DNA from: Bdellovibrionales bacterium
GTDB taxonomy: Bacteria; Bdellovibrionota; Bdellovibrionia; Bdellovibrionales; DASUEL01
DNA length: 64,000 bases
Reading direction: 5' to 3'
NCBI GenBank assembly: GCA_050250255.1
Contig: JBFWOZ010000004.1
Span: forward strand, 43,557-107,556
Numbering within the stretch: the first letter of the stretch is position 1; the number at the start of each line of letters is the position of its first letter. The position numbers and the translations under genes were made by a program. Positions 28,417-37,852 of this stretch are shown one piece after another. Below the pieces are notes generated by a model, which saw only the letters and a program-made list of their open reading frames with translations, did not search any database and had not been told where the DNA came from.

Positions 28417-28510
28417 GCCCCTTTAGTAACAGTCTCAAGTCTTTTTGGGAGCAGTTATTTTGACCTTGATCCATAGCATCAAGTATATAATTTACCTGAA
28501 TTAACTAGGG

Positions 28511-28606
28511 TGCTCCTGGAGCATGGACTTTTACTCTCCATAGTTTACTGCTATTTTATTCATTCATGCATTGAGCCTCAAAAACCAATGACATGCGTGC
28601 TGCACG
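28511..28606 (+). promoter_or_regulatory. Structured leader/operator region upstream of the pan/coa operon
   Basis: Palindromes TGCTCC-T-GGAGCA (28511-28523) and CGTGC-T-GCACG (28596-28606); hairpin CATGCATTG/CAATGACATG with a bulged A (28565-28595). Confidence 0.35.
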
Positions 28607-28643
28607 TTTAAGATTGTTTTTACTTTAAAGAAGGACTTGATCC

Positions 28644-29438
28644 ATGGGACAGGTACCAGTGAACAAAAACTCTTTTTCTTTTACTCCCTCTTACGGAATT
28701 ATTGGCGACGGTCGAATGGCCCAACACATGGCCCATTACTTTCGCTTACGAGAAATCCCATTTAAATTATGGTCCCGCAAACTGTCTCAAGTTTCGCCTC
28801 ATGAAGAACTTTTTGAGCAGGATATTCTTTTAGTTCTTCTTCGCGACAGTGCGATTGAAAATTTCATCGAACAAAATCCTGAGCTGCAAAAAAAGACTCT
28901 CATTCATTTCTCGGGAAGTCTGGTTGCCGAAAAAGCTTACGGTATGCATCCGCTCATGACTTTTGGAAATGAACTCTATGACCTGGAGACCTACGAACGC
29001 ATTCCGTTCGTGCTCGAAAAGGGACGTCAAAATTTTTCTGAATACCAATTTCAACAACTTTTTCCACGACTGAAAAATCCCCACTTTGAAATCTTGGCTT
29101 CACAAAAGCCGCTCTACCACGCTCTCTGTGTGATGGGTCAGAATTTTACCAACCTTCTATGGCAAAAGTTTTTCAAATCCATGAACGCCGAGTTTTTACT
29201 TCCTGAAGAAGCCCTAAAGCCTATCTTAGAACAAACGTTTATTAATCTTTTAAAAGATCCTTACAAAAATCTCACAGGCCCCATTGCACGTGGAGATACA
29301 AAAACGATTAAGGCCAACCTCGAAGCACTTCGTGATGATCCTTATTACGATGTCTATGAAGCGTTCCTCGCTGCCTGGACCAAAGAACAAAAAAAATCTC
29401 CACCCACTTACGTTTTTCAAAAGGAGATCTCACAATGA
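28644..29438 (+). CDS. Rossmann-like + DUF2520 protein, PanG-type ketopantoate reductase
   Basis: IIGDGR, HFSGS, HPLMTF, YHALCV..NF and LTGPIARGD; first gene of the pan operon. Confidence 0.8.
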   Translation: MGQVPVNKNSFSFTPSYGIIGDGRMAQHMAHYFRLREIPFKLWSRKLSQVSPHEELFEQDILLVLLRDSAIENFIEQNPELQKKTLIHFSGSLVAEKAYGMHPLMTFGNELYDLETYERIPFVLEKGRQNFSEYQFQQLFPRLKNPHFEILASQKPLYHALCVMGQNFTNLLWQKFFKSMNAEFLLPEEALKPILEQTFINLLKDPYKNLTGPIARGDTKTIKANLEALRDDPYYDVYEAFLAAWTKEQKKSPPTYVFQKEISQ

Positions 29439-30223
29439 ACGTCTTAGATTTTCTCCAGTATAAAAAAATAAATAAAAAAATATCGATGGTCACTTCCTAC
29501 GAAGCCTGGTCTGCAAAAATTATCGAAGCCTCCCCCATCGATTGCATTTTAGTGGGCGACAGCGTCGCGATGGTCGTTCACGGCTTCGACTCGACTTTAC
29601 ATGCGACTCCCGAAATGATCGCAACTCATGTAGCCGCGGTCCGAAGAGGAGCTCCTAAAAAATTCATCGTGGCCGACATGCCCTTTCCTTGGTTTCGAAA
29701 AGGAATTCCTGAAGCCATGAATTGTGTCGATCTCTTCATGAAGGCTGGTGCCAATTGCGTAAAAATCGAAGGCGTTATTGGACATGAAGATGTGATTCAA
29801 AATATCGTTCAGTCGGGCGTACCTGTGATGGGCCACTTAGGACTCACGCCTCAAAGCATTCATGCTTTGGGTGGATTTAAAGTGCAGGGCCGCAGTGACG
29901 AAGCCGCACGCTCCATTATTGAGCAAGCGATTAAACTCGAAGACCTCGGTGCTTTTTCCGTCGTACTTGAGTGCGTGCCACAAATGGTTTCTAAAACCAT
30001 CACTAAATCTCTTGAAATTCCTACGATTGGAATTGGTGCCGGTATCCACGTGGATGGCCAGGTGCTCGTTCTCCAGGATCTTCTCGGCCTCAATGGAGAG
30101 TTTCATCCAAAATTTTTAAAAAAATATCTCAATGGTTCTGAAGCCGTAATTAAATCCCTCGCAAACTACGACACAGAGGTTAAGGGCTCTCTCTTTCCGA
30201 CGGAAAAGGAAAGTTATGTCTAA
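29435..30223 (+). CDS. panB: 3-methyl-2-oxobutanoate hydroxymethyltransferase
   Basis: ILVGDS, ADMPF, VKIEG, GHLGLTPQ and TIGIGAG..DGQVLV. Confidence 0.97.
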   Translation: MNVLDFLQYKKINKKISMVTSYEAWSAKIIEASPIDCILVGDSVAMVVHGFDSTLHATPEMIATHVAAVRRGAPKKFIVADMPFPWFRKGIPEAMNCVDLFMKAGANCVKIEGVIGHEDVIQNIVQSGVPVMGHLGLTPQSIHALGGFKVQGRSDEAARSIIEQAIKLEDLGAFSVVLECVPQMVSKTITKSLEIPTIGIGAGIHVDGQVLVLQDLLGLNGEFHPKFLKKYLNGSEAVIKSLANYDTEVKGSLFPTEKESYV

Positions 30224-30992
30224 TCCCCTTCTTCGTCTTGTGGAATCTGTTTCTGAAATGCGTGAACTCTCGGCTCTTTATCGAGCAGAACAGTTAAGTA
30301 TTGGTTTTGTTCCTACCATGGGTGCTCTTCACGAAGGTCATCTTTCTCTTTTAAAGAAAAGCTTAAAGGAAACCGACGTCACGATTTGTAGCATCTATGT
30401 GAACCCCACCCAGTTTAACGATAAAAAAGATTTTGAAAACTACCCGATCACTCTCCCTGAAGATCTTGAAAAATTAAAATCTCTCGGGGTGCAGATTGCG
30501 TTTTGTCCTTCCTACCAAGATATGTATCCAGATGGTTATAAATATCGCGTGAGCGAATCAGATCTTAGCCAAATTCTCTGCGGCGAACATCGTCCCGGAC
30601 ACTTTGATGGGGTTCTCACTGTAGTCATGAAGCTTTTTAATATTACTCAGCCACATAAAGCTTACTTCGGTGAAAAAGATTACCAACAGCTTTTGCTTAT
30701 TAAAAAAATGGCGAAAAGCTTTTTCATGAATGTGGAAGTCATCGCTTGTCCCACACTTCGTGAAGAGGATGGACTCGCTATGAGTTCAAGAAATCGCCTT
30801 CTTCCCTCGGAGGATCGACGTCTCGCTCCTCAATTTTCGAAACTTTTAAAGTCTTCTCAATCTACAGAGAAAATTTCATCCGAATTAGAAAAACTAGGTT
30901 TTAAAGTAGATTACATCCAAGAGGTTTTGGGCCACCGCTTTGGAGCAGTCCGACTAGGCCAGGTGAGGTTGATTGATAATGTCCAAATCTAA
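30216..30992 (+). CDS. panC: Pantoate-beta-alanine ligase
   Basis: VPTMGALHEGH, RPGHFDGV, FGEKDYQQ, GLAMSSRN and RLIDN. Confidence 0.97.
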   Translation: MSNPLLRLVESVSEMRELSALYRAEQLSIGFVPTMGALHEGHLSLLKKSLKETDVTICSIYVNPTQFNDKKDFENYPITLPEDLEKLKSLGVQIAFCPSYQDMYPDGYKYRVSESDLSQILCGEHRPGHFDGVLTVVMKLFNITQPHKAYFGEKDYQQLLLIKKMAKSFFMNVEVIACPTLREEDGLAMSSRNRLLPSEDRRLAPQFSKLLKSSQSTEKISSELEKLGFKVDYIQEVLGHRFGAVRLGQVRLIDNVQI

Positions 30993-31578
30993 ACCCACCC
31001 GCATTCTTTTCGCACTGACTGGTTCCATCGCTTGCTTTAAAGCCTGCACACTCGTTTCGCGTCTCGTACAAAATGGGTTTGAGGTTCAATGTGCGGTTAC
31101 GGATTCGGCTCTCCAATTTGTAGGCGAAGCCACTCTCGAAGGCCTCACCGGAAATCCTATCTTTAAAAACGTCTACGAAAATAGCCGCATGATGGATCAT
31201 ATCCATCTCAGCAAGTGGGCTGATGCGATGATTGTATGTCCAGCCACAGCAAACATGATCAATAAATTGGCGACAGGGTTAGGAGACGATCCCGTTTCGA
31301 CACTTGCCTTGGCACATGACTTTCAAAAACCCCTCTGGATTGTGCCAGCCATGAACCAAAATATGTTTTCTCATCCCGCAACCCAACAGTCTTTGAAAAC
31401 TCTTAAATCTTGGGGCGCACGCGTGATCGATACCGACAACGGGCACCAAGCTTGCGGAGACGTCGGGCCTGGCCGAATGAAAGAACCCGAACAAATATAC
31501 TCTTTAATTATGCAGTGGAACTTAATGAAAAGTGGGAGCGGCCCTTCACCGCTTGTCACCAGTGAGGTAGAAGTATGA
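30979..31578 (+). CDS. coaC: Phosphopantothenoylcysteine decarboxylase (stand-alone CoaC)
   Basis: TGSIA, HIHL, PATAN, PAMN..M and ACGDVGPGRM.EP. Confidence 0.9.
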   Translation: MSKSKPTRILFALTGSIACFKACTLVSRLVQNGFEVQCAVTDSALQFVGEATLEGLTGNPIFKNVYENSRMMDHIHLSKWADAMIVCPATANMINKLATGLGDDPVSTLALAHDFQKPLWIVPAMNQNMFSHPATQQSLKTLKSWGARVIDTDNGHQACGDVGPGRMKEPEQIYSLIMQWNLMKSGSGPSPLVTSEVEV

Positions 31579-32240
31579 AGATTTTAATAACGTCTGGGGC
31601 TACTCGAGAGCCGATCGATCAAGTACGATTTATTACGAATATGAGTACCGGCAAAACCGGGGCTAGCCTGGCAGAGAAATTAGCTCGCCAAGGTCACAAG
31701 GTGACTTATCTTCATGGACAAGGTGCACACATCCCAGATGGTGCTGCCGAAACTGTCGAATACAGCACTTTTTCTGATTTAGATCAGAAGCTACAATCTC
31801 TCCTTTCAAAAACAACTTTTGATCTAGTTTTGCATGCTGCAGCTGTCAGCGATTTTTCTGTGGCTTCCGTTCGTAGCAGTAAATCGAACATTGAATTGGA
31901 TGCTCATTCCAAGATCAATTCAGCTGAAAAGCTTCAGGTTGAACTGAAGCCTAATTTTAAAATTCTCAATCAAATTAAAGACTATTCCCAAGAACGTCAC
32001 CCTCTCGTTATAGGATTTAAATTAACTTTCACTGAATCCGAAGGCGAACAACAAGAAGCCATCAAGCGGCTTTTTGATGGTGGTAGTGTCGACTACGTGA
32101 TTCACAACGACTTAAAAGATATGAGAGAGAAAAATCGACATATTTTTAGAATTCACAATGAAAGTGAATTTTTAAGTGTTGCCGATTCCGTGGAGACTTT
32201 AGCCAACAAAATATCAGAAATTGCGGAGGCCCGTATATGA
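31575..32240 (+). CDS. coaB: Phosphopantothenate-cysteine ligase (stand-alone CoaB)
   Basis: [30 protein letters not shown] and GFKL. Confidence 0.9.
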   Translation: MKILITSGATREPIDQVRFITNMSTGKTGASLAEKLARQGHKVTYLHGQGAHIPDGAAETVEYSTFSDLDQKLQSLLSKTTFDLVLHAAAVSDFSVASVRSSKSNIELDAHSKINSAEKLQVELKPNFKILNQIKDYSQERHPLVIGFKLTFTESEGEQQEAIKRLFDGGSVDYVIHNDLKDMREKNRHIFRIHNESEFLSVADSVETLANKISEIAEARI

Positions 32241-33007
32241 TCATGACTCTGGATGTAGGAAACAGCCAAATTTATGGTGGAGTATTCGTTAACGATAAAA
32301 TGAAACTTCAGTTTCGAAAAACCTCAAAAATGGGTTCTTCCTCCGATGAGTTTGGACTCTTTTTAAGAAGCGTTTTAAGAGAAAACGACATCGATCCAAA
32401 GATGATCGTGCAGATTGCCTTTTGCTCGGTCGTGCCTGATATCGTCCACTCCTTAAGAAATGCCTGCAAAAAGTATTTCAATTTAAATCCCTTTATTCTT
32501 CAAGCTGGCGCCAAAACGGGTTTAAAAATTAAGTACCGTAATCCTGTAGAAGTAGGAGCTGATCGTATTGCAAATGCCATCGGAGCAGTAAACCTTTATC
32601 CAGGTAAAAACTTAATCATTATCGATTTCGGAACGGCGACCACTTTCTGCGCCATTACCGCCGAGAAAGATTACCTCGGTGGATTGATTGTACCGGGCTT
32701 GAGATTATCTATGGAAGCGCTTGAAGCACAGACGGCAAAACTCCCTGCCGTGGAAATCGTGCCCGCTGCCGAAATCATTGGCCGCTCTACAGTTGAAAGC
32801 ATTCAATCGGGACTTTATTTTGGTCACTTAGCGATGGTAAGGGACATCACCCAACGTATTAAAAAAGAGCATTTTGAAAATAAAAATACTGTCATTATCG
32901 GAACAGGCGGTTTCTCACGACTTTTTGAAAAAGAAAAAGTTTTTGACGATCTCAACCCTGATCTTGTTTTGACAGGACTGAAGCTTTCACTAAAGATGAA
33001 CACCTGA
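32237..33007 (+). CDS. coaX: Type III pantothenate kinase
   Basis: LDVGNS, SVVP, VGADR, DFGTATT, GGLIVPG and TGG. Confidence 0.95.
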   Translation: MIMTLDVGNSQIYGGVFVNDKMKLQFRKTSKMGSSSDEFGLFLRSVLRENDIDPKMIVQIAFCSVVPDIVHSLRNACKKYFNLNPFILQAGAKTGLKIKYRNPVEVGADRIANAIGAVNLYPGKNLIIIDFGTATTFCAITAEKDYLGGLIVPGLRLSMEALEAQTAKLPAVEIVPAAEIIGRSTVESIQSGLYFGHLAMVRDITQRIKKEHFENKNTVIIGTGGFSRLFEKEKVFDDLNPDLVLTGLKLSLKMNT

Positions 33008-33014
33008 GGTTGAT

Positions 33015-33368
33015 ATGCAAATTACAATGTTGAAATCTAAAATACATAGAGCCACTGTTACCGATGCGGATCTTAACTACGAAGGCTCTATTTCAGTTGA
33101 CCCGGCACTCTTAGATGCCGCCAAACTGATTCCTTTCGAAAAAGTCGAAATTTATAACGTGAACAACGGTGAGCGATTCGCGACTTACGTTATTCTAGGC
33201 AAAAGGGGCGAAATTTGTCTTAACGGCGCTGCAGCTCGACTGGTTCACCGTGGCGACCTTGTGATTATCGCGGCCTTCGCGAGCTTCACACCTGAAGAAG
33301 CCATGAAGCACAAACCAACTCTTGTTTTCGTAAACGAAAAAAATGAGATTAAAGATTGGAAGGGTTAA
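33015..33368 (+). CDS. panD: Aspartate 1-decarboxylase
   Basis: [17 protein letters not shown] self-cleavage site, NGERF.TY and NGAAAR. Confidence 0.97.
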   Translation: MQITMLKSKIHRATVTDADLNYEGSISVDPALLDAAKLIPFEKVEIYNVNNGERFATYVILGKRGEICLNGAAARLVHRGDLVIIAAFASFTPEEAMKHKPTLVFVNEKNEIKDWKG

Positions 33369-33530
33369 TACCATAACCAACTGGCTTAAAAGTTAACTGC
33401 TTTATTTTATAAATTATTTTTATTTACTGTAAACAACTTAGACATCCCTTCTCCTCATTAATTTGATTAGAAGAAATTCGCCCGTGTAAACAATAAATGG
33501 TTGACATACAGCCCTGTAACATTTAAAAAT

Positions 33531-34253
33531 ATGTCACACATGGCCACAGAACCAATTAGCAATAACATCCAAACAGTTCATCTCAATAAAGATAGTTTAG
33601 ATATTGATTATGTTTACGAGCTTTCTACGCTTCTGAACCAGTTTTGTGAGTTGATCAAAAAAAAGAACATTTATCTTATTCCTACTACAAGTGAGTTCAG
33701 TCTTTATCGAAAACTAAACCCAGAAAAACAACGCGCCATTTATGATGGCTTCCTCGCATATTATACTGGCTGCCTAGGAGCTTTGAATTCTGGTGCCCAT
33801 CTAGATGATGACAGAACATTAGCTTTGTGGGTTCTTAAAAGTCTTAATTGGCGCTTTCATCCAGACTTATTTGGTCATTTGACAAAAAATGATGTGATCG
33901 AAATATACAACAAAGATTCTGTCCAAATCTTTCGTACATTCAATTTTTTCAATCTTATTAGCTACACACTTGAAGAAATACTTTGTTATGAATGGTGGGA
34001 GCTCTATCGACGACCCGAATTTATTCAAAAGGAATTAGTAACTCAAGGTACACGTATCTTAGAGAAAAAAGTCGAAGAAACTCTCTTTAATTTCGCTCCC
34101 AATCATGAAGTAGAAGAAATCTTCTCCGTTAAAAGAAACATTGCTGAGATTTCTGAAAAGCTTGTTTCTCCACCCTACTTACCGTCGGGACAAATTACTG
34201 GATTTATACACGCATTTGAAATCGTAAACGTACGTCCCGCTCATCCTAATTAA
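33531..34253 (+). CDS. Hypothetical protein with a PAS-like C-terminal region
   Basis: DVIEIYNKDSVQIFRTFNFFNLISYTLEEILCYEWWELY resembles the PAS core pattern. Start 33531 or 33540 (the track's TTG at 33501 is part of a TTGACA box). Confidence 0.55.
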   Translation: MSHMATEPISNNIQTVHLNKDSLDIDYVYELSTLLNQFCELIKKKNIYLIPTTSEFSLYRKLNPEKQRAIYDGFLAYYTGCLGALNSGAHLDDDRTLALWVLKSLNWRFHPDLFGHLTKNDVIEIYNKDSVQIFRTFNFFNLISYTLEEILCYEWWELYRRPEFIQKELVTQGTRILEKKVEETLFNFAPNHEVEEIFSVKRNIAEISEKLVSPPYLPSGQITGFIHAFEIVNVRPAHPN

Positions 34254-34263
34254 GAGGTCCAAA

Positions 34264-34566
34264 ATGGCAAAAAAAACTGGTGCATCTACAGAACTATCTA
34301 ATTACCTTTCAGACAAACGCGAGAAATCTAACCTTTCCCAGCTAGACTTAGGTACACAGCTTGGATTTACATCTGCTCAGTTTGTATCCAATTGGGAGCG
34401 CGGCATCTCTCTCCCTTCACCATCTTGCTTACCTAAACTTGTCAGCCTTTTAAAGCTGGATAAACGAAAATTGATCTCTTTAATTCTCAAGCATCAAGAG
34501 GAAGTATTTTTGGCCAAATTTAAAGAGGCCGAAAAGACTCCTAAAAACACTAAGCGACTTGCTTAA
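34264..34566 (+). CDS. XRE-family helix-turn-helix regulator
   Basis: REKSNLSQLDLGTQLGFTSAQFVSNWERGISLP. Confidence 0.88.
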   Translation: MAKKTGASTELSNYLSDKREKSNLSQLDLGTQLGFTSAQFVSNWERGISLPSPSCLPKLVSLLKLDKRKLISLILKHQEEVFLAKFKEAEKTPKNTKRLA

Positions 34567-35209
34567 GCTGACCCTTAAGAGCCTGCTGTTTCAATCTCGT
34601 CAATAATGACTCATAAAGGGAACAGCTAAGCTCTAAGTTGGCAACAATCTGTTGGGTCTCTTCCCAGCCTATATTTTTGAGAATTTCAAACGCATGAGTA
34701 AAGTGAGCAACATCCACTTCGGCATGCAGATCTAAAAACGTGGTGCAATTTTTAGCTTTTAAATGTTTATTTACTGCCTTTGAAATATCCCCCGCTTTTT
34801 TTACTGCGAGTCCTTCAAAACAAAAAGAGTACCCGAAGTGAGCAAAGGGATGAAGATAATCAATAGCGTAATATTGAGAACGAACAATGGCTTGAGTTTC
34901 AGGTAATTCAGGAAAATCTGTCGTCTCATAACCAATATTCTTTAAGTCGTCAGCTGCCATTCGATCATGACCTTTTTCTTCTCGAAAATGATTTACTAGA
35001 TCGTAGTGAATATCGTTTCGCTCAAACGGCATGCGCGCCGATGTCAAAGCAATGAAACGAGTGGTATGCTTTACTAGATGGAATGTTTGCACGAGCCACG
35101 CTGCATAAGCTTCCTTGAGATGCCATGGAAATTCATCGCAAGATTTCATGAGCTGAGACAAGTTTTTCTCATAAATCTTCTTCCACTCTTCAGAAGAAAA
35201 AGTTTTCAT
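34550..35209 (-). CDS. Heme-oxygenase-like di-iron enzyme (iron-containing redox enzyme; PqqC/TenA/CADD fold)
   Basis: Helical protein with H..EE.GH, FEG and H.EVD..H ligand motifs; GGAGG RBS before ATG 35209. Confidence 0.75.
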   Translation of the reverse strand: MKTFSSEEWKKIYEKNLSQLMKSCDEFPWHLKEAYAAWLVQTFHLVKHTTRFIALTSARMPFERNDIHYDLVNHFREEKGHDRMAADDLKNIGYETTDFPELPETQAIVRSQYYAIDYLHPFAHFGYSFCFEGLAVKKAGDISKAVNKHLKAKNCTTFLDLHAEVDVAHFTHAFEILKNIGWEETQQIVANLELSCSLYESLLTRLKQQALKGQLKQVA

Positions 35210-35220
35210 AATCAACCTCC

Positions 35221-35910
35221 TTAGGCTGCTTTTTTTTCGTATATTCTTTGATCCATCATACTTATTCGTCCGCTCCATAACATTTTGACCATGCGATTTA
35301 AATTTTCGTCAGGGTGCCATTTAATTTGGTTTTTAGAACAAGCGATAAGTTGACAAGGAGTATTGTGTTTTACAATTCCTGTTTGAACAGCGTAATAACC
35401 CCAGCGATATGCCATTTCATGGATTTTTACGTCCTCTCTTACTATAGCTACAGCCGCATCTACATCTAGACTTCTAAAGAGCTGTATCTGCAGACCAACA
35501 ATCACCTCAGCTATGGAGATTTTCGTAGACCTGGCAATTTTTCTCCATGATGGAGCAACCGTCAGATACTCTGCAGAAACACAGCTTGTGACTCCACGGG
35601 CACGAAGGCTTTCAATATATTGTTGATTAAATGACGATTGGAAATAAGGGTGCTCTGTCGCCGAGTCCTGCTCAAGATGAAACAATGTAGAGCTATATAA
35701 CCCCACAATCTCCTGATCATGAGTTAAAATACCTATGTAATTTTGCCTGAAAAAATCCTCGATTTTTATAATCGATTGTGCACCGTTGTCTTTATAAACT
35801 TTCTGCCAAAAACTTTTCCAATAATGAAATGTTTCATTGTGGAGCGCCATATCTACGTCATAATTAGTACAATTACCAGGTAGTATGTAATGCTTTAAAT
35901 TCATGCTCAC
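35221..35910 (-). CDS. GNAT-fold acyltransferase, N-acyl amino acid synthase (FeeM)/LuxI-like
   Basis: EYLTVAPSWRK motif-A-like segment, AVAIVR.D..H.M..RWG; size and layout match acyl-amide synthases. Confidence 0.5.
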   Translation of the reverse strand: MSMNLKHYILPGNCTNYDVDMALHNETFHYWKSFWQKVYKDNGAQSIIKIEDFFRQNYIGILTHDQEIVGLYSSTLFHLEQDSATEHPYFQSSFNQQYIESLRARGVTSCVSAEYLTVAPSWRKIARSTKISIAEVIVGLQIQLFRSLDVDAAVAIVREDVKIHEMAYRWGYYAVQTGIVKHNTPCQLIACSKNQIKWHPDENLNRMVKMLWSGRISMMDQRIYEKKAA

Positions 35911-35942
35911 GCTCTCATATAGATAAATAAACTATATTTAGT

Positions 35943-35969
35943 TGATCGACAGACCTGCCAATTACTTAA
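35943..35969 (-). promoter_or_regulatory. Sigma28-like promoter candidate
   Basis: Minus strand TTAA-N15-GTCGATCA upstream of the 35910 gene. Confidence 0.4.
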
Positions 35970-36054
35970 TAAGCCTAAAACAATTATTTTTTAGATGCGC
36001 TGCTTACAGCACAGCCCTTGGTCCCCTTTATTAAAGGCATAGAAATGGCGAAAA

Positions 36055-37155
36055 ATGAGCATGTTAAAGCGTAAAATATATGAGATTTTAGACCGTGGAC
36101 TCAGCAAAGCTGTCTTAAATTTAGAAAAAATGCGTTGGCACTTAGGCACTCCATCGCCGATCGTGGAGGCAGTTAGTAACCGAGCCATTGTGTCTAGAGC
36201 CATTTTTACTCTCGTAAAGCTCAAGATTGCTGATCAGCTTCTTATTAAAAATCAAACCTCTTATCAGCTAGCGAATACACTTAATTTTAATACCGAGAGC
36301 TTAGACAGATTTCTACAATTCCTAACAACCTACGGAGTTCTTCGACGTCATAAGGATGAGACTTTTAGTCTCACACCAACGGCCCGTCTTTTTCTCACTA
36401 CGTCTTCGCCGAATAGTCTTACAAACTGGGTGGAGTACGCTGGGTCAAATTGGCTTTGGGAGTCTTGCTCTGAACTCACAAAATGCATACAACAAGGGAA
36501 ATCTTCATTTCAAACTCGTTTTCAAAAGGAATATTTTCAATGGCTAGAAGAAAATCCGGAAGCGAGCCAAATTTTTAATCGGGCTATGCAAAGCCGTACG
36601 CGAAGTCTTAATATGGCAATTTTAGGTCACTACGATTTTTCTTCGTACAAAAATGTCGTGGATATTGCTGGTGGACACGGTGGATTTTTGTGTGCTGTTT
36701 TAGAAAAATATAAAGAAGCGAAAGGTGTTCTCTTTGACCAAAAGCACGTCATTGGAGAAATGGCGAAAGATGCCAAGTTAGAATCCATAAAATCTCGTAT
36801 TCAATGTGTGGGTGGTGATATTCTCTCTTCCATCGACGCTCAAGGTGATCTTTTTGTTCTACGGCATATCCTACACAATTGGAGCGACGAAGACGTAAGT
36901 CGAATTCTGAAAAATTGTCGCGTGGCTATGGGATCCCAAGGTCGCCTACTGATTATAGAAATGCTCACCGGCGAAAAACATGATCATTTTGCACGCAGTA
37001 TGGATATGGTAATGCTACTTCTCTTCGGTCCAGCCAAAGAAAGATCTTCTCGTGAATTTGAACAGATTTTGGAAACTGCAGGTTTAAAATTAAATCGAGT
37101 GATCGAAACTGGCAGTCCGATGAGCATTCTGGAAGTTGTTCCTAAAGCCGCTTAA
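36055..37155 (+). CDS. SAM-dependent O-methyltransferase (Methyltransf_2, dimerisation domain)
   Basis: VVDIAGGHG, GVLFDQ, VGGD, LRHILHNWSDE and ER...EF..IL..AG. Confidence 0.9.
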   Translation: MSMLKRKIYEILDRGLSKAVLNLEKMRWHLGTPSPIVEAVSNRAIVSRAIFTLVKLKIADQLLIKNQTSYQLANTLNFNTESLDRFLQFLTTYGVLRRHKDETFSLTPTARLFLTTSSPNSLTNWVEYAGSNWLWESCSELTKCIQQGKSSFQTRFQKEYFQWLEENPEASQIFNRAMQSRTRSLNMAILGHYDFSSYKNVVDIAGGHGGFLCAVLEKYKEAKGVLFDQKHVIGEMAKDAKLESIKSRIQCVGGDILSSIDAQGDLFVLRHILHNWSDEDVSRILKNCRVAMGSQGRLLIIEMLTGEKHDHFARSMDMVMLLLFGPAKERSSREFEQILETAGLKLNRVIETGSPMSILEVVPKAA

Positions 37156-37799
37156 GAAACGATGTAAACATCAAATCGTGAGAGCTTTCCTTCCTGAGAA
37201 TGGCGCGGTTTCGAAAGTTTTGGCGCCCACAGAGGCCTTTTTAAAACTACTCGCTTTTTTGATTTTTCAAGAGCGAGTGTTAAAAGCTGAGTCGTATCTT
37301 CGTCGGTTTGCTCGAAAGTTTTTTCATCCACATGAAGGAGCTCACGAAGAACCTGCATTTCCTTTTTGGGAAGTGCAGAGGATTCTCGCTGTGGGTACAT
37401 AGGATCTAAGTAAATGGCGTCAAACTTCTTCTCTTTGAGTTTTTGCAGAAACTCAAAGCTGTTCTCATTCAGATGTTCCAAAAATTTCAAGGCTTCCACT
37501 TTTCCATTCGATCTTGCAATCGCATCTTGTACGAGAAGAAAAAGAGATTTGTTTTGCTCTAAAGCGGTCACGTGATGACCTTTTAAAGCCATGAGAAATG
37601 CATCTTTTGCTAGACCCGCTGTTGCATCTAACACGAATGGAGAGTCTTTGAGCGAGCCTAGAGCCTTGAGAAGAGGTTGCTTTGAAAGCGGTTGCATCTT
37701 CAGTTTTCTCAATTGAAGTTCAAAATCCAAACGAATGCCCTCTAGCTCAAGGCCTTCATCTGTTTTGCGCAGCTTTAATTCTTCTTTTCTCTCACTCAT
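37152..37799 (-). CDS. rsmJ: 16S rRNA m2G1516 methyltransferase (RsmJ-like)
   Basis: VLDATAGLAKDA, YLDPMYP and RVVLKRP. Confidence 0.85.
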   Translation of the reverse strand: MSERKEELKLRKTDEGLELEGIRLDFELQLRKLKMQPLSKQPLLKALGSLKDSPFVLDATAGLAKDAFLMALKGHHVTALEQNKSLFLLVQDAIARSNGKVEALKFLEHLNENSFEFLQKLKEKKFDAIYLDPMYPQRESSALPKKEMQVLRELLHVDEKTFEQTDEDTTQLLTLALEKSKKRVVLKRPLWAPKLSKPRHSQEGKLSRFDVYIVS

Positions 37800-37852
37800 G
37801 CTTGATATTTTATAGTGTCATAGAGTAGAAAGCTCAATCAAAGAGGTGTGTC

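Noticed and set aside
33501..33530. TTG start for the PAS-like ORF
   Set aside because: It is part of a TTGACA -35-like box with no RBS; downstream ATGs are more plausible.
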